The notes: a model not told the origin generated them from the sequence alone. 61,531 nucleotides of DNA from Actinomycetes bacterium (GCA_025964615.1 JAOPYM010000057.1:1-61531); one strand, 5' to 3'; numbered from the stretch's first letter, positions 10,421-25,372 are shown. Numbers and translations are program-made.

Positions 10421-10875
10421 GGTCTCCCCTGGACGATCTCGCCCGGGGGGCGTCCCGTCAACCGTTCCTTGTCCAGCGCCGCTTGCAGCAGGACCACCGC
10501 GGCGGCCTGATCGATGACCAGCCGCCGGGCCTTGCCCTTGACGCCACGCTCCCGCAGGCCGCTCTCGGCGGTCACCGTGGTGAGTCTCTCGTCATAGAGC
10601 CGGACAGTATCGGCAGGGAGCAACTGGGACAAATGGACCGCGAACTCGCGGGCGATCGCGGCGGCCGGGCCTTCGCGCCCCGACATGGACACCGGGAGAC
10701 CAACGATCACCTCGACGGCCTCCGATTCGGCGACGATCTCGACGATACGGCCCAGGTCGCCCTTGCCCCGCCGTACGGTCTCCAGCGGGGAGGCGAGGAT
10801 GCCGCCCGGATCACACCGGGCGATGCCGATGCGGACACTGCCCACGTCGACACCGACCCTGATGCCCGGCCTCAT
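10417..10875 (-). CDS. ruvX: Holliday-junction resolvase-like nuclease RuvX/YqgF
   Basis: [22 protein letters not shown], 152 aa, overlaps both neighbours by 4 nt. Confidence 0.93.
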   Translation of the reverse strand: MRPGIRVGVDVGSVRIGIARCDPGGILASPLETVRRGKGDLGRIVEIVAESEAVEVIVGLPVSMSGREGPAAAIAREFAVHLSQLLPADTVRLYDERLTTVTAESGLRERGVKGKARRLVIDQAAAVVLLQAALDKERLTGRPPGEIVQGRP

Positions 10876-13532
10876 ACGGTGGCCACAGCCCTTTCGACGG
10901 CGGCCAGCGCCTCGCTGATCGCGGCCGGGTTCGTCCCCCCGCCCTGGGCGAGGTCGTCCTTGCCGCCGCCGCCACCGCCCAGTGCCCTGGCCGCGACGCC
11001 GACGAGTGCGCCCGCTTTGAAGCCCTGCTCGCGAGCGATGTCGCTGACCGCGACCACGACGACAGGACGGTCCTTGGGCACACCCGCGATGATCACCACG
11101 GCATTGCGCAGCCGGCCGCGCACGTCGACCGCCAGCTTGCGCAGGTCGTCGGCTCCGGTGCCCTCAGGGGCCTGGAAGGCGACGAACTCGACGCCGTTGA
11201 TGCTCTTCGCACCGTCGGCCAGCCTGCCGGCCACGGCCAGGGTCTGCTCTGAGCGGAGCCGTTCCAGATCGCGTTCGGCGTCGCGAAGCCGCGTCATGAT
11301 CCCGGAGATGCGTTCGGGCAGTTCTTCCCTGCGGGCCTTGATCTGTTCCGAGAGCTGGGCTACGAGCACGCTCTCGCGGGCCAGGAACCGGAAGGCGTCG
11401 ATGCCGACCAGCGCCTCGACCCGGCGGATTCCCGAACCGATCGACGACTCGCCCATGATCTTGACCAGGCCGAGCTCACCGGACCGGGCCACATGTGTTC
11501 CGCCGCACAGCTCCCGGGAGTAGTCGCCGACCTCGACGACCCTGACCTCGTCGCCGTACTTCTCGCCGAACAGGGCCATCGCACCCATCGCGCGGGCCTT
11601 GTCCTGCGACGTGACGTAGGCCCGGACGTCCAGGTCGTTGATCAGTACTGCGTTGACCTCGTCTTCGACGTCGTGCAGAACGGCGGCAGGGACCGCTCCG
11701 GTCGCGGTGAAGTCGAACCTGAACCGGCCGGGCGAGTTCTCCGATCCGGCCTGGGCCGCGGACTCGCCGAGGGCCTTCCGGAATCCGGCGTGCACCATGT
11801 GGGTGGCGGTGTGCGACCGGGAGATGGCGCTGCGCCGTTCGATGTCGATCTCGGCGTACGCGGAGTCCCCGGTCTGCGCCTCACCGCTGCGGACCCGGCC
11901 GCGGTGCACGACCAAGCCGGGCAGCGGGCGTTGCACGTCGAAGATCTCGATCTCGGCGCCGTTGCCGAGCCGGATGACGCCCTGGTCGGCCTTCTGCCCG
12001 CCGCCTTCGGCGTAGAACGGGGTGCGGTCCAGGACGACCTCGACCTCGGTGCCCTGCTCGGCCGCGGGGACGCTCCCGCCGCCTACCAGCAGGCCGATCA
12101 GGCGGGCGTCGCCGGTGACCTCGAGATAGCCGGTGAAGTCGACCCCGCCGGTGCGCTCTAGGAACTCACCGAGCACCGAGACGTCCAGGTTCCCGGTCTT
12201 CTTCGCGGCGGCGTCGGCCTTGGCGCGATCGCGCTGTTCCTTCATGAGCCGCCGGAAACCGTCGGCGTCGACCTCCAGGCCCTGCTCGGCGGCCATCTCC
12301 AGGGTCAGGTCGATCGGGAAGCCATAGGTGTCGTGCAGCTTGAAGGCCTGGTCGGCACCGAGTTCAAGGCGGTTCACCCGCTTGGTCTCCTCCGCGGCCG
12401 CGTCGAAGATCGCAGTACCGGTGCGGAGGGTCTGCAGGAAGGACGCCTCCTCGGCGTCGATGACGGCGTGGATGCTGCCCGCGGTACGGACCAGGTCCGG
12501 GTACTGCTCACCCATCGCCGTGATCGCGGTGGCGGTGAGCTCATGCATCAGGCCGCTGTCCTCAGCGCCGAGCAACCGCAGGTTGCGGATGGAGCGGCGC
12601 AGGATCCGGCGCAGCACATAGCCGCGGCCCTCGTTGCCGGGGGCGACCCCGTCGGCGACCATCATCATGCCGCTGCGCACGTGGTCGGCGATGACCCGCA
12701 GCGAGACGTCGGAGCGGTGGTCCCTGCCGTACTTGACATGGGTGAGGTCGGCCGCCCGGTCGAGGACCTTCCGCATCGTGTCGGTCTCGTAGATGTTGTC
12801 TACGCCCTGCAGGATGGCGGCCATCCGCTCCAGGCCCATACCGGTGTCGATGTTGCGGGCGGGCAGCTCACCCTGCACGTCGAAGTCGACCTTGCTGCGG
12901 ACCGCCGACAGCTGGAACTGCATGAAGACCAGGTTCCAGACCTCCAGGTACCGGTCCTCGTCCGCGACCGGGCCGCCCTCGCGGCCGTACTCGGGGCCCC
13001 GGTCGTAGTAGATCTCCGAGCAGGGGCCGCCGGGACCCGGCACGCCCATGTGCCAGTAGTTGTCGGCCAGGCCGCGGCGCTGGATGCGCTCGTTCGGCAC
13101 GCCGACCCTCTGGTGCCAGATGTTCTGGGCCTCGTCGTCGTCGGTGTAGACAGTGACCCAGAGCCGCTCCTCGGGGAACCCGAAGCCGCCGTCGGACACC
13201 GGTGCGGTCAGCAGTTCCCACGCGTACGGGATGGCCTGCTCTTTGAAGTAGTCGCCGATCGAGAAGTTTCCGAGCATCTGGAAGAACGTGCCGTGCCGGG
13301 TGGTCTTGCCGACCTCTTCGATGTCCGGCGTGCGCACGCACTTCTGGCAGCTCGTCATCCGCGGGGCGGGCGGGGTCCGCTGGCCCAGGAAGTACGGCTT
13401 GAAAGGGACCATTCCCGCGTTCACGAGCAGCAGGGTCGGGTCCTCGGCGATCAGGCTGGCCGAGGGCACCACGGTGTGCGCGCGCTCTTCGAAGAACCGC
13501 AGGTATCGGCGCGCTACTTCTGCCGATTCCAT
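10872..13532 (-). CDS. alaS: alanine--tRNA ligase
   Basis: 886 aa, with [26 protein letters not shown] and GGTHV motifs. Confidence 0.97.
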   Translation of the reverse strand: MESAEVARRYLRFFEERAHTVVPSASLIAEDPTLLLVNAGMVPFKPYFLGQRTPPAPRMTSCQKCVRTPDIEEVGKTTRHGTFFQMLGNFSIGDYFKEQAIPYAWELLTAPVSDGGFGFPEERLWVTVYTDDDEAQNIWHQRVGVPNERIQRRGLADNYWHMGVPGPGGPCSEIYYDRGPEYGREGGPVADEDRYLEVWNLVFMQFQLSAVRSKVDFDVQGELPARNIDTGMGLERMAAILQGVDNIYETDTMRKVLDRAADLTHVKYGRDHRSDVSLRVIADHVRSGMMMVADGVAPGNEGRGYVLRRILRRSIRNLRLLGAEDSGLMHELTATAITAMGEQYPDLVRTAGSIHAVIDAEEASFLQTLRTGTAIFDAAAEETKRVNRLELGADQAFKLHDTYGFPIDLTLEMAAEQGLEVDADGFRRLMKEQRDRAKADAAAKKTGNLDVSVLGEFLERTGGVDFTGYLEVTGDARLIGLLVGGGSVPAAEQGTEVEVVLDRTPFYAEGGGQKADQGVIRLGNGAEIEIFDVQRPLPGLVVHRGRVRSGEAQTGDSAYAEIDIERRSAISRSHTATHMVHAGFRKALGESAAQAGSENSPGRFRFDFTATGAVPAAVLHDVEDEVNAVLINDLDVRAYVTSQDKARAMGAMALFGEKYGDEVRVVEVGDYSRELCGGTHVARSGELGLVKIMGESSIGSGIRRVEALVGIDAFRFLARESVLVAQLSEQIKARREELPERISGIMTRLRDAERDLERLRSEQTLAVAGRLADGAKSINGVEFVAFQAPEGTGADDLRKLAVDVRGRLRNAVVIIAGVPKDRPVVVVAVSDIAREQGFKAGALVGVAARALGGGGGGKDDLAQGGGTNPAAISEALAAVERAVATV

Positions 13533-13534
13533 GA

Positions 13535-13822
13535 TCAGGTGCCGTCCTTATCGTCGTCGATGATCGTGTAACGCGCCCTCAGCACCCGGCGGGACCTTGC
13601 GTCGCGCGGTTCGGGCAGGACGCGGTCGAGCTCGATGGCCTCGCGGAGCTGGGCCTCACGGTCGGCCATCCCCACCCGGACGTCCCGGGTGAACGCGCGG
13701 AACCGGTTACCGGCCCGGACCGCCACGCTCTGCGGAGCCAGGGTGCGGGCGAAGCGGGTCGCCCGGCGCATGCCGTAGACGCCGAGCCCGGCGCCCACGG
13801 ACATCCAGAAGATCCTCTTCAC
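13535..13822 (-). CDS. small hypothetical membrane protein
   Basis: 95 aa with one N-terminal hydrophobic segment. Tightly packed between the DUF948 gene and alaS. Confidence 0.6.
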   Translation of the reverse strand: MKRIFWMSVGAGLGVYGMRRATRFARTLAPQSVAVRAGNRFRAFTRDVRVGMADREAQLREAIELDRVLPEPRDARSRRVLRARYTIIDDDKDGT

Positions 13823-14232
13823 TTGCGGCCCTTCGGGAGCTGCGGTCGCTCGGGGGCGGGCCGGTTCGGGTTCAGCGCCCGCCGTACGCCGTAGGAGAAC
13901 GCCGCGGCCCTGACCAGCGGCCCGCCGACCACCGAGGACATGACGGTGGTGACGGCCGAGACGTTCTGGCTCACCCCGGCCATCTGCTTGGTGATCACGT
14001 CGGTGCGGCCGAGCTGTTCGCTGGCCTGTTCGATGGTACGGGTCATGTCGTCGAGCAGCGGGCCGGCCTGTTCGCCGAGGTCGGCCACCAGTTTCGTGGC
14101 CTCGGTGATCAGCCGCGCCAGCTTGAGCAGGGCGTACGCGAGGAAGCAGACCAGGATCGCCCAGAAGACGGCCACAAGGAGGCCTGCCAGCTGTTCTCCA
14201 GTGAGCATCCTGATCTCTTTCGTGGGTTCCAT
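13819..14232 (-). CDS. DUF948-like membrane protein
   Basis: N-terminal TM helix (LAGLLVAVFWAILVCFLAYALL) followed by a helical region. Position upstream of alaS is typical in actinobacteria. Confidence 0.7.
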   Translation of the reverse strand: MEPTKEIRMLTGEQLAGLLVAVFWAILVCFLAYALLKLARLITEATKLVADLGEQAGPLLDDMTRTIEQASEQLGRTDVITKQMAGVSQNVSAVTTVMSSVVGGPLVRAAAFSYGVRRALNPNRPAPERPQLPKGRK

Positions 14233-14330
14233 TCGAGTCTGCTGATCTGACAGACCTTACCGCGCACCCTGGTCAGGACTGGAAATCTCGCCATGAGTCG
14301 TACGCACCCATCCCGGGCGCAGCCCGGTGA

Positions 14331-15665
14331 TCACTCCCGTGACCTGCCTCTGAGCACCGCCCGAAGGCGGTCGAGGACGTCGGAGAAGCGGGCCTCCGCC
14401 CCGTGCCGGGTGGGCCGGTAGTACTCCCTGCCGTTCACCACGTCCGGCGCGTACTGCTGCTGGGCGACCCCGCCCGGATGGTCGTGGGCGTACTGGTAGC
14501 CCTTGCCGTGGCCGAGCTTCTCGGCGCCCTTGTAGTGCCCGTCGCGCAGATGCGCCGGGACCGGCCCGACCAGGCCCCGCCTGACGTCCGCCATGGCCTC
14601 GTTGATCGCGGAAATGACCGCGTTGGACTTCGGTGCCAGGGAGAGGTGGATCACGGCCTGCGCGAGGTTGATGCGGGCTTCGGGGAGCCCGACGAACTCG
14701 ACGGCGTGGGAGGCCGCGACGGCGGTCTGCAGCGCGGTCGGATCGGCCATGCCGATGTCCTCGCTGGCGTGCACGATCAACCTGCGGGCGATGAACCGGG
14801 GGTCCTCCCCCGCCTCGATCATCCTGGCCAGGTAATGCAGTGCGGCGTCCGCGTCGCTGCCCCTGATGCTCTTGATGAACGCGCTGATGACGTCGTAGTG
14901 CTGATCGCCCTCACGGTCGTAGCGGACGGCGGCCCGGTCGACGGCCTTCTCCAGGATCTCGGTGCCGATCTCACCGGTCCCCACGGCCAGTGCCGCGGCC
15001 TCGAGGTAGGTGAGGGCCCGGCGTGCGTCCCCGCCCGCGAGCCGTACCAGATGATCCTCGGCGGGCTCGGTGATCGTCACGCGGCCACCGAGACCGCGCT
15101 CGTCGGTCAGGGCACGCCGGAGCACCTCGCGCAGCTGGTCGTCGCCGAGCGGTTCCAGCGTGAGCAGCAGTGATCTGGACAGCAGCGGGCTGATGATGGA
15201 GAAGAAGGGGTTCTCCGTCGTCGCGCCGATGAACGACACCCAGCGGTTCTCCACCGCCGGCAGCAGCGCGTCCTGCTGGGCCTTGTTGAACCGGTGGACC
15301 TCGTCGACGAACAGCACGGTCTGCCTGCCGGACATGCCCAGGTCCCGTTTGGCCTGGTCGATGGCGGCCCGTACCGCCTTCACGCCATCGGAGACCGCGG
15401 AGATCTCCACGAAACGGCGCTTGGTGGCCCGGCTGACCACGGTCGCGAGGGTCGTCTTGCCGGTGCCCGGCGGGCCCCACAGCACGAGGGAGAGGCCTGC
15501 GTCGCGGTCGACCAGCTGCCGGATCGGGGTGCCGGGGCCGAGCAGGTGCTCCTGGCCGATGACCTCGTCAAGGGAGCGGGGCCGCATCCGGACCGCCAGC
15601 GGCTGCTCTCCGCGCGCCGCCTCAGCCGGCTCGTCGAAAAGGCTCTCAGCCTGCTGCGGTTCCAC
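14331..15665 (-). CDS. rarA: replication-associated recombination protein A (AAA+ ATPase)
   Basis: Walker [12 protein letters not shown] and a MgsA C-terminal-like region, 444 aa. Confidence 0.94.
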   Translation of the reverse strand: MEPQQAESLFDEPAEAARGEQPLAVRMRPRSLDEVIGQEHLLGPGTPIRQLVDRDAGLSLVLWGPPGTGKTTLATVVSRATKRRFVEISAVSDGVKAVRAAIDQAKRDLGMSGRQTVLFVDEVHRFNKAQQDALLPAVENRWVSFIGATTENPFFSIISPLLSRSLLLTLEPLGDDQLREVLRRALTDERGLGGRVTITEPAEDHLVRLAGGDARRALTYLEAAALAVGTGEIGTEILEKAVDRAAVRYDREGDQHYDVISAFIKSIRGSDADAALHYLARMIEAGEDPRFIARRLIVHASEDIGMADPTALQTAVAASHAVEFVGLPEARINLAQAVIHLSLAPKSNAVISAINEAMADVRRGLVGPVPAHLRDGHYKGAEKLGHGKGYQYAHDHPGGVAQQQYAPDVVNGREYYRPTRHGAEARFSDVLDRLRAVLRGRSRE

Positions 15666-15704
15666 GGGCTGACACTACCGGCTGCCAGTGACAGTATCGC
15701 CTGC

Positions 15705-16280
15705 ATGACCTGGGAACTGCAGGGCTACGAGCGTAGCCTCGACGCCTTCGAGACCACGCTCGCCACGGTCGGGTCCACCGGCTGGGACGCCCCGTCCCCC
15801 TGTGCTGGCTGGACGGCCAGGGATGTCGCCGGGCATGTGATCGGTGGCCAGCACCTGATCCGGGCGCTGGCCACCGGGTCCGTGCCGCCCGAGGTCAACA
15901 CCGACCCGGGCCGGTTCTGCGGGGACGACCCGTACGCCGGCTGGCGGGCGGCCCGCAGGGACTGCGCCGCGGCCCTGACCCCGGCCGGCCTGCGGCGCCC
16001 TGTCCCGTTCGGGGCACTGGGTGAACTCCCACTGCACGACTTCCTGGGCGGTTACATCCTTGAGGTGCTGATCCACACCTGGGATCTGACGCAGGCGACC
16101 GGCAGCCCGATCCGGCTCGAACCCGACCTGGTCCACCACGCCTTCGCGACCGCACACGTGATCGCCCCGACGCTTCGGGCGGGCGGTCACCTGGCACCGC
16201 CGCTGCCGACACCTCCAGGCGCCGACGAGCAGACCAGGCTGCTGGCCTTTCTCGGCAGGCCGCCCGACTGGACCCCGTGA
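15705..16280 (+). CDS. mycothiol-dependent maleylpyruvate-isomerase-like / TIGR03086-type metal-binding protein
   Basis: Starts at ATG 15705 (MTWELQGYERSL...). Carries the DinB/MDMPI N-terminal pattern WDAPSPCAGWTARDVAGHV. Confidence 0.75.
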   Translation: MTWELQGYERSLDAFETTLATVGSTGWDAPSPCAGWTARDVAGHVIGGQHLIRALATGSVPPEVNTDPGRFCGDDPYAGWRAARRDCAAALTPAGLRRPVPFGALGELPLHDFLGGYILEVLIHTWDLTQATGSPIRLEPDLVHHAFATAHVIAPTLRAGGHLAPPLPTPPGADEQTRLLAFLGRPPDWTP

Positions 16281-16299
16281 CGGGGGACGGCGCACCGGA

Positions 16300-17553
16300 T
16301 CAGGAGAATTCAGCGAGGGTCCGTTCGGCCTCTTCGAGCCAGGCCTGACGGGCTGTGAGCGCCTCCTCGGCGTCCTTCACGTCCTTGTCGCGGCCTGCGG
16401 CCTGAGCCTTGGCGAGCCGCTTCTCGATCTGCTCAATGGAGGTCCGGAGCTGGTTGACGGTCGCTTCGGCGCGCGCCCGCGCCTCGGGGTTGCTCCGCCG
16501 CCACTCTGACTCCTCGGCGCCCCGGATGGTCTCCTCGACCTTGCGGAGCCGCCCTTCGAAGCGGTCCCGGGAGTCGCGCGGGACCATGCCGAGGGCCTCC
16601 CAGCGCTCCTGCACCGAGCGGAGGGCCTGGCGGGCCTGACGAAGATCCTTGACCGGCACGAGGCGTTCGGCCTCTTCGAGGAGCTTCTCCTTGGCCGTCG
16701 CGTTCTCGGCGAGTTCCGCGTCACGCTCGTTGAACGCCGCGGAGCGGGCCGCGAAGAAGGTGTCCTGGGCGCCCTTGAAACGGGTCCACAGTTCCTCCTC
16801 GGTGTCCCGGTCGGCCCGGCCGGCGTTCTTCCACTGGCGCATCAGGTCCCGGTAGGCGGCCGCGGTGTCGCCCCACTCCGTGGAGCCGGACAGCGCCTCG
16901 GCATCGGCGACCAGGCGGTCCTTCTCCGAGCGGGCCATCCCGCGTTGCTCCTCGAGCGAGGCGAAGTAGGCCTTACGGCGCTTGGTGAAGGAGTTGCGGG
17001 CCGTCGACAGCCGCTTCCACAGGGCCGTCTCGGTGGGGCGGTCGATGCGCTCGGCGGCCTTCCACTCCTCGACCAGCAGCCGCAGGCGCTCCCCGCCGTT
17101 CTTCCAGTGGGTCTCCTCGGCCGCGATCCGCTCGGCCTCGACGACGAGGCGCTCCTTGACCTCTCGGGCCTCGGACCTGGCGTGGTCGCGGGCGACCTTG
17201 ATCTCCTCCCGGCGCCCGTCGAGCAGGCCCACCAGTCCGTCCAGGCGTCCCAGCAGATGGTCCAGGTCACCGACGACATGTGCGTCGGTCACCGACTCGC
17301 GGAGCCGGTCGATGGTGGCCTGGGCCTGCTGAGGAGCCAGGTCAGTGGTCTTGATCCGCTGCTCGAGAAGGTCGATCTCGGTCACCAGGGAGTCGTACTT
17401 GCGCTTGAAATACGCAAGCGCCTCCTCGGGGGCACCGGCCTGCCAGGACCCGACGGCCCTTTCGCCGTCGGCGGTCTTGACAAAGACCGTGCCTTCTTCG
17501 TCGACACGTCCCCAAGGATCGGTGGCGCTGGACACCGTTGCCTCCTGCATCAT
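16300..17553 (-). CDS. DUF349 repeat protein
   Basis: Repeated helical units such as ALWKRLSTARNSFTKRRKAYF and ELWTRFKGAQDTFFAARSAAF. Confidence 0.85.
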   Translation of the reverse strand: MMQEATVSSATDPWGRVDEEGTVFVKTADGERAVGSWQAGAPEEALAYFKRKYDSLVTEIDLLEQRIKTTDLAPQQAQATIDRLRESVTDAHVVGDLDHLLGRLDGLVGLLDGRREEIKVARDHARSEAREVKERLVVEAERIAAEETHWKNGGERLRLLVEEWKAAERIDRPTETALWKRLSTARNSFTKRRKAYFASLEEQRGMARSEKDRLVADAEALSGSTEWGDTAAAYRDLMRQWKNAGRADRDTEEELWTRFKGAQDTFFAARSAAFNERDAELAENATAKEKLLEEAERLVPVKDLRQARQALRSVQERWEALGMVPRDSRDRFEGRLRKVEETIRGAEESEWRRSNPEARARAEATVNQLRTSIEQIEKRLAKAQAAGRDKDVKDAEEALTARQAWLEEAERTLAEFS

Positions 17554-17611
17554 GGTCTGGCCCTCTTACCTTCGGGCCAGACCCTCCAAACCTTAGACCC
17601 CCGCCGCACGA

Positions 17612-18400
17612 TTACCCGGCGATCGTGACGTCCTGAATTGTGACCTTCTTCTTGGGTGCCCCGTCTCCGTTGGGCGCGCCCGCCTTCGCGACGTCCTGGA
17701 CGATGCCCAGACCCGACGTGACAGTCCCGAAGATCGTGTAGCTCGGCGGAAGCTGCGAGTCGCCGTACACGATGAAGAACTGGCTGCCGTTCGTGCCCGG
17801 CCCGGCGTTGGCCATGGCCAGAACGCCCTTGGCGTAGGTCGCGGTGCCGCTCGCCGCGGCCTTCGGCAGGTTCTCCTCGGCGAACTTGTAGCCGGGGCCG
17901 CCCGAGCCGGTACCTGTCGGGTCGCCACACTGCAGGACCTGCAGGGCGCCGGTGGTGAGCCGGTGGCATGGGTGGTTGTTGAAGTACTTGTGCTGCGCCA
18001 GATAGGCGAAGGAACCCGTCGTGCAGGGGGCCTTGGCGCCGTCCAGGCTCACTGCGATGTCACCGAGGTCGGTCTTGATGGTCGCTGGGACGGCTGCCTT
18101 ATAGACCGGCTTGACCGGCGGCGTGCCCCCGCCCGCGAGGGCGCCCTTGTCCTGCGTTGCGGTGTAGGAGCACTCACCGGGCTTGACCGAGGCGGCGGCC
18201 GTGGTCGTGGTGGTCTTGGCCTTGTCCTTACCGCTCACGGCGAAGGCGACGGTGGCTCCGGCACCACCCAGGACGACCACAGCGGCGACCCCGCCGATGA
18301 TCTTCACTCTCTGGGCCTGGCGCTGCTGGGCCTCTCGCCTCTGCTGCTGGCGCTCGAAGCGCTGCCGGGCGAGCTCCTTCTTGCGGTCCTTGCCGGCCAC
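17612..18400 (-). CDS. membrane-anchored cyclophilin-type peptidyl-prolyl isomerase
   Basis: Basic N-terminus plus a TM segment, and the cyclophilin signature GTNGSQFFIVYG. Confidence 0.9.
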   Translation of the reverse strand: MAGKDRKKELARQRFERQQQRREAQQRQAQRVKIIGGVAAVVVLGGAGATVAFAVSGKDKAKTTTTTAAASVKPGECSYTATQDKGALAGGGTPPVKPVYKAAVPATIKTDLGDIAVSLDGAKAPCTTGSFAYLAQHKYFNNHPCHRLTTGALQVLQCGDPTGTGSGGPGYKFAEENLPKAAASGTATYAKGVLAMANAGPGTNGSQFFIVYGDSQLPPSYTIFGTVTSGLGIVQDVAKAGAPNGDGAPKKKVTIQDVTIAG

Positions 18401-18560
18401 GCGACTGCCCTCCGTCGTGATCAGATAAACGTGCTGCGCATAGTAGCGGTCCCGGGGCGATGCATGCAGATCCCGGCGACACGGCTATCTCGTTCGCCGA
18501 CGTACCAGCGTCGCCGGTACGCTCGAACAACCGAAAACATATGTCAGGAAGAGGACAGCT

Positions 18561-19253
18561 GTGCTCGTCGCCGGGTTCCCCGCGGGGTCGTTCGCCACGA
18601 ACTGTTACATCGTGGCGCCCTCAGCGGGCGAGGAGTGCGTGGTCATCGACCCGGGCCAGGACGCCTTCGACGGGGTCGAGGAGATCCTGCGGGAGCACCG
18701 CCTCAAGCCGGTCGCCGTGATCCTCACGCACGGCCACCTCGACCACGTGTGGTCGGTCGCGCCGGTCTGCGGCGCGAAGGACGTGCCCGCCTACATCCAT
18801 CCCCGCGACCGGGACCTGCTGACCGACCCCGCCAAGGGGTTCTCGGCCAGTACGGGGCAGATCTTCGGCGGGCTGACGCTCACCGAGCCCGACGACGTGC
18901 GGGAACTGGCCGACGGCGCCGTACTGAAGCTGGCGGGCCTTGAGTTCACCGTCGATCACACCCCGGGCCATACACCCGGGTCGGTGACCTTCCGCACCCC
19001 GGCCGACGAGGAGCTCCCGGACGTCATGTTCTCCGGGGACCTGCTCTTCGCCGGGTCCATCGGGCGTACCGACCTCCCGGGCGGCTCCCACGAGGCGATC
19101 CTGCGCAGCCTGGCGAACACCTGCCTGCCGCTGCCGGACACCACGCTGGTACTGCCCGGGCACGGCCCACAGACGACGATCGGCCGTGAGCGCGCCACCA
19201 ACCCGTATCTCACGGGACTGGCGCCCGCCGAAGGACCGAAAAAGGGACTATGA
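18561..19253 (+). CDS. MBL-fold metallo-hydrolase
   Basis: HxHxDH motif [12 protein letters not shown] start after GGAAGAGGA, ATGA overlap with hisS. Confidence 0.9.
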   Translation: MLVAGFPAGSFATNCYIVAPSAGEECVVIDPGQDAFDGVEEILREHRLKPVAVILTHGHLDHVWSVAPVCGAKDVPAYIHPRDRDLLTDPAKGFSASTGQIFGGLTLTEPDDVRELADGAVLKLAGLEFTVDHTPGHTPGSVTFRTPADEELPDVMFSGDLLFAGSIGRTDLPGGSHEAILRSLANTCLPLPDTTLVLPGHGPQTTIGRERATNPYLTGLAPAEGPKKGL

Positions 19254-20515
19254 GCTCGATCTTCCAGGCCCCCAAAGGGGTCAGTGAATACCTTCCGCCG
19301 CGGTCGGCGGCGTTCCTCGCCGCCCGTGACACGTTCGCGGCGGCGGCCACCCGGGCCGGCTACGCCTATCTGGAGCTGCCGGTCTTCGAGGACACCCAGC
19401 TGTTCGCCCGGGGGGTGGGCGAGTCCACCGACGTGGTCTCGAAGGAGATGTACACCTTCGAGGACCGCGGCGGCCGCTCCATCACGCTCCGCCCGGAGTT
19501 CACCGCGGGCGTCGTACGGGCCGTACTCCAGCACAGCCTGCACCGGCTGGGCGAGCTGCCGGTCAAGGTGTGGGCGGTCGGGCCGGCGTTCCGGTACGAG
19601 CGGGCCCAGGCCGGGCGGTACCGGCAGTTCTACCAGGTGGATCTGGAGGCCATCGGCAGCGAGGACCCGGCGATCGACGCCGAGACCATTGCGATCGCCT
19701 GGGACTTCTACCGCTCACTCGGGCTGACGCAACTGACCTTGAACCTCAACTCGCTGGGCTGCAAGGAGTGCCGTCCGGCCTACCGGGCCGTACTCCAGGA
19801 CTTCCTGCGCGCGCTGGATCTGGACGAGGCCACCCGCGCCCGGATCGAGATCAACCCGCTGCGAGTGCTCGACGACAAGCGTCCCGAGGTCCGGGCGCAG
19901 GTCGCGGACGCCCCGCTGATCATCGATCACCTCTGTGCGGACTGCAAGGCCCACCACGACCAGGTACGCGGCCTGCTCGCGGATCTGGACATCCCGTGGA
20001 CCGACGATCCGCGCCTGGTGCGCGGCCTGGACTACTACATGCGGACCACGTTCGAGTTCGACCACCCGCTGCTCGGCGCCCAGTCGGGCATCGGCGGGGG
20101 CGGCCGCTACGACGGTCTTTCGGAGACCATCGGCGGACCACCGCTGCCGGGCATCGGCTTCGGCCTTGGGCTCGACCGCACCGTGCTGGCGATGGAGGCC
20201 GAGCAAGTCCCGTCGATCTCGTCCCCCGGCGTCAGCGTGTACGGGGTGCCGCTCGGCGAGGAGGCCGAGCGGAAGGTCTTCGCGCTGGTCACCGAGTTGC
20301 GCCGGGCAGGGATCTCCGCCGACATGTCCTACGGGTCCAAGAAGCTCAAGAACGCCATGCGGGGTGCCGACAGGTCGGGGGCGGCGTACGCGGTGATCCT
20401 CGGTGAGCGAGATATCGCCGCCGGGTCCGTACAGCTGAAAGACCTGGCCGGCGGCGACCAGTTCGCCGTACCGCTCACCGAGATCATCGACGTCATCAAG
20501 GGGCAGCTTTCATGA
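19250..20515 (+). CDS. hisS: histidine--tRNA ligase
   Basis: [12 protein letters not shown] and GGGGRYDGL motifs, 421 aa. Confidence 0.96.
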   Translation: MSSIFQAPKGVSEYLPPRSAAFLAARDTFAAAATRAGYAYLELPVFEDTQLFARGVGESTDVVSKEMYTFEDRGGRSITLRPEFTAGVVRAVLQHSLHRLGELPVKVWAVGPAFRYERAQAGRYRQFYQVDLEAIGSEDPAIDAETIAIAWDFYRSLGLTQLTLNLNSLGCKECRPAYRAVLQDFLRALDLDEATRARIEINPLRVLDDKRPEVRAQVADAPLIIDHLCADCKAHHDQVRGLLADLDIPWTDDPRLVRGLDYYMRTTFEFDHPLLGAQSGIGGGGRYDGLSETIGGPPLPGIGFGLGLDRTVLAMEAEQVPSISSPGVSVYGVPLGEEAERKVFALVTELRRAGISADMSYGSKKLKNAMRGADRSGAAYAVILGERDIAAGSVQLKDLAGGDQFAVPLTEIIDVIKGQLS

Positions 20516-22260
20516 TTCGCACGCAGGAGGCCGGGGCGCTCCGCGAGGAGCACGCCGGGCAGAGCGTGGTACTGGCGGGCTGGGTGGCACGCCGCCGCGA
20601 CCACGGCGGGGTCACGTTCATCGACCTGCGTGACGCGTCCGGCGTCGCGCAGGTCGTCTTCCGTGAAGAGGACGCGGCGCACGACCTGCGCTCGGAGTTC
20701 TGCGTCAAGATCACTGGCACGGTCCGGGTACGGCCGGAGGGCAACGAGAACCCCGACCTGCCGACCGGCGCCATCGAGGTCGTCGCGACCGAGATCGAGG
20801 TGCTCTCGGAGGCCGCGCCGCTGCCGTTCCCGATCGAGGGCGACGTCACGGTCAACGAGGAAGTACGGCTCAAGTACCGCTACCTCGACATCCGCCGGGA
20901 CTCCGTCGCCAGGGCCATGCGGATCCGGTCCGAGGCCTCGTTCCTGGTCCACGACGTCATGCGCGCACACCGGTTCGTGAACGTGGAGACGCCGACGCTG
21001 ACCCGGTCCACGCCAGAGGGCGCCCGCGACTTCCTGGTTCCGGTACGGCTCAAGCCGGGCAACTGGTACGCACTGCCGCAGTCTCCGCAGCTGTTCAAGC
21101 AACTGCTCATGGTGTCGGGCCTGGAGCGGTACTACCAGATCGCCCGCTGCTACCGGGACGAGGACTCCCGGGCCGACCGGCAGCCCGAGTTCACCCAGAT
21201 CGACATCGAGATGTCCTTCGTCGACCAGGAGGACATCCTCCAGGTCGGCGAGGACCTGGTCGCTGCGCTCTGGAAGGAGATCGCCGGGTACGAGGTCCCC
21301 CGGCCGCTCCCCCGGATGACCTACGCGGACGCTCTCGCGCGGTACGGCTCCGACAAGCCCGACCTGCGGTTCGGCAACGAGCTGACCGACCTGACCTCGT
21401 ACTTCTCCGACACCACCTTCCGGGTCTTCCAGGCTCCCTACGTCGGTGCGGTCGTCATGCCGGGAGGGGCGTCGCAGACCCGTAAGGTGCTGGACGGCTG
21501 GCAGGACTGGGCGAAGGCCAGGGGCGCGCGCGGTCTGGCGTACGTGCTGGTCCAGCAGGACGGGACGCTCACCGGACCGGTCGCCAAGAACCTCTCCGCC
21601 GCCGAGACCGAGGGCCTGGCCGCGGCGACGGGCGCCAAGCCAGGGGACGCGGTCTTCTTCGCCGCGGGACGCCCGCACTCCTCCCGCGAGCTGCTCGGCG
21701 CGGCCCGCCTGGAGATCGGCCGCCGGTGTTCGCTGATCGACGAGTCGGCATGGTCGTTCCTCTGGATCGTGGACGCGCCGATCTTCGAGGAGGTGTACGA
21801 CGAGGCCGGTGAGCCGATCGGCTGGACCTCGGTGCACCACCCGTTCACCGCGCCGAAGGCGGAGTTCGCCGACACCTTCCAGGACGACCCGGGCGTGGCG
21901 CTGGCCAATGCGTACGACATCGTATGCAACGGCAACGAGATCGGCGGCGGCTCGATCCGTATCCACCGGGCCGAGATGCAGCAGCGGGTCTTCGACACCC
22001 TGGGGCTGTCGAAGGAGGAGGCCGAGTCCAAGTTCGGCTTCCTGCTTGAGGCGTTCAAGTTCGGCCCGCCCCCGCACGGCGGGATCGCATTCGGCTGGGA
22101 CCGGACGATCATGCTGCTCGCCGGGCACGACTCGATCCGCGACGTGATCGCCTTCCCGAAGGCCGCCTCCGGTCACGACCCGCTGACCGGTGCGCCCACC
22201 ACGATCACCCCCGACCAGCGCAAGGAAGCCGGAATCGACTTCAAGCCCAAGCAGGACTGA
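20512..22260 (+). CDS. aspS: aspartate--tRNA ligase
   Basis: [34 protein letters not shown] and GGGSIRIH motifs. Confidence 0.97.
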   Translation: MIRTQEAGALREEHAGQSVVLAGWVARRRDHGGVTFIDLRDASGVAQVVFREEDAAHDLRSEFCVKITGTVRVRPEGNENPDLPTGAIEVVATEIEVLSEAAPLPFPIEGDVTVNEEVRLKYRYLDIRRDSVARAMRIRSEASFLVHDVMRAHRFVNVETPTLTRSTPEGARDFLVPVRLKPGNWYALPQSPQLFKQLLMVSGLERYYQIARCYRDEDSRADRQPEFTQIDIEMSFVDQEDILQVGEDLVAALWKEIAGYEVPRPLPRMTYADALARYGSDKPDLRFGNELTDLTSYFSDTTFRVFQAPYVGAVVMPGGASQTRKVLDGWQDWAKARGARGLAYVLVQQDGTLTGPVAKNLSAAETEGLAAATGAKPGDAVFFAAGRPHSSRELLGAARLEIGRRCSLIDESAWSFLWIVDAPIFEEVYDEAGEPIGWTSVHHPFTAPKAEFADTFQDDPGVALANAYDIVCNGNEIGGGSIRIHRAEMQQRVFDTLGLSKEEAESKFGFLLEAFKFGPPPHGGIAFGWDRTIMLLAGHDSIRDVIAFPKAASGHDPLTGAPTTITPDQRKEAGIDFKPKQD

Positions 22261-22270
22261 GGGCTTCCAT

Positions 22271-22302
22271 GATCCTGGAGGATCTGGCCAGATCCTCCAG
22301 GA

Positions 22303-22304
<2 letters not shown>
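22271..22304. terminator. bidirectional hairpin between convergent aspS and relA
   Basis: Perfect 14-bp arms GATCCTGGAGGATC and GATCCTCCAGGATC with loop TGGCCA. The right arm overlaps the relA stop codon. No U tract. Confidence 0.55.
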
Positions 22305-24690
<2,386 letters not shown>

Positions 24691-24780
24691 CCCGGCTCTG
24701 GTGGATGCACAGGGTCGTCCAGTCCCTCGAACGCCGCGATCGCGGCCGTGCAGCCCAGTGTATCGGTAGCCGATTTCGGT

Positions 24781-25305
24781 CTAGACGGTAACCAGGGAAT
24801 GGACCTCAAGATCGTGAATCCTGTCGCGCCCGTGCAGGAACGAGAGTTCCATCAGCACGGTGAGACCGACCACCTCGGCCCCGGTGCGGCGTACCAGGGC
24901 GGCGGCGGCCTCGGCGGTGCCGCCGGTGGCGAGCACGTCGTCCACGACCAGCACCCGCTCCCCCGGCGTAAAGGCGTCCTGGTGCACCTGGATGGTGGCG
25001 GAGCCGTACTCCAGGTCGTAGGTCTCCTCGAAGGTGGCCGCCGGAAGCTTGCCCTTCTTACGGACCGGGACGAACCCCGCGCCGAAGTGGTAGGCCACCG
25101 GGGCCGCGAGAATGAACCCGCGGGCCTCGATCCCGACGATCTTGTCGATGGTGCCGCGCCCGTAGTGCATCACGATCGCGTCGACCACGGTGGCGAAGGC
25201 CGTGTGGTCGGCGAGCAGCGGCGTGATGTCCTTGAACATGACCCCCGGCTGCGGGTAGTCGGGCACGTCCCGGATCCGGTCAAGGATCAGTTTCTGCAGG
25301 TCCAT
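24781..25305 (-). CDS. apt: adenine phosphoribosyltransferase
   Basis: Real start is ATG 25305 (MDLQKLILDRIRDVPDYPQPGVMFKDITPLL). PRPP loop VVDDVLATGGTA. The upstream part of the track ORF is Arg/Pro-rich run-through. Confidence 0.93.
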   Translation of the reverse strand: MDLQKLILDRIRDVPDYPQPGVMFKDITPLLADHTAFATVVDAIVMHYGRGTIDKIVGIEARGFILAAPVAYHFGAGFVPVRKKGKLPAATFEETYDLEYGSATIQVHQDAFTPGERVLVVDDVLATGGTAEAAAALVRRTGAEVVGLTVLMELSFLHGRDRIHDLEVHSLVTV

Positions 25306-25372
25306 CTTCCCCCCATCGAAAATCCCCAGCCGTGGCCATGCGGGGCATGACCACGGCTGAGGACCCGAACCG

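Noticed and set aside
20329-22176. 615-aa minus-strand ORF (the 571-aa ORF at 58591-60306 is a similar case)
   Set aside because: These ORFs are antisense to aspS and to the SDR/QOR genes. The second merely translates through the palindromic repeat (WRFPHSPRKRCGKRH), which explains the recurring peptide in several track ORFs.
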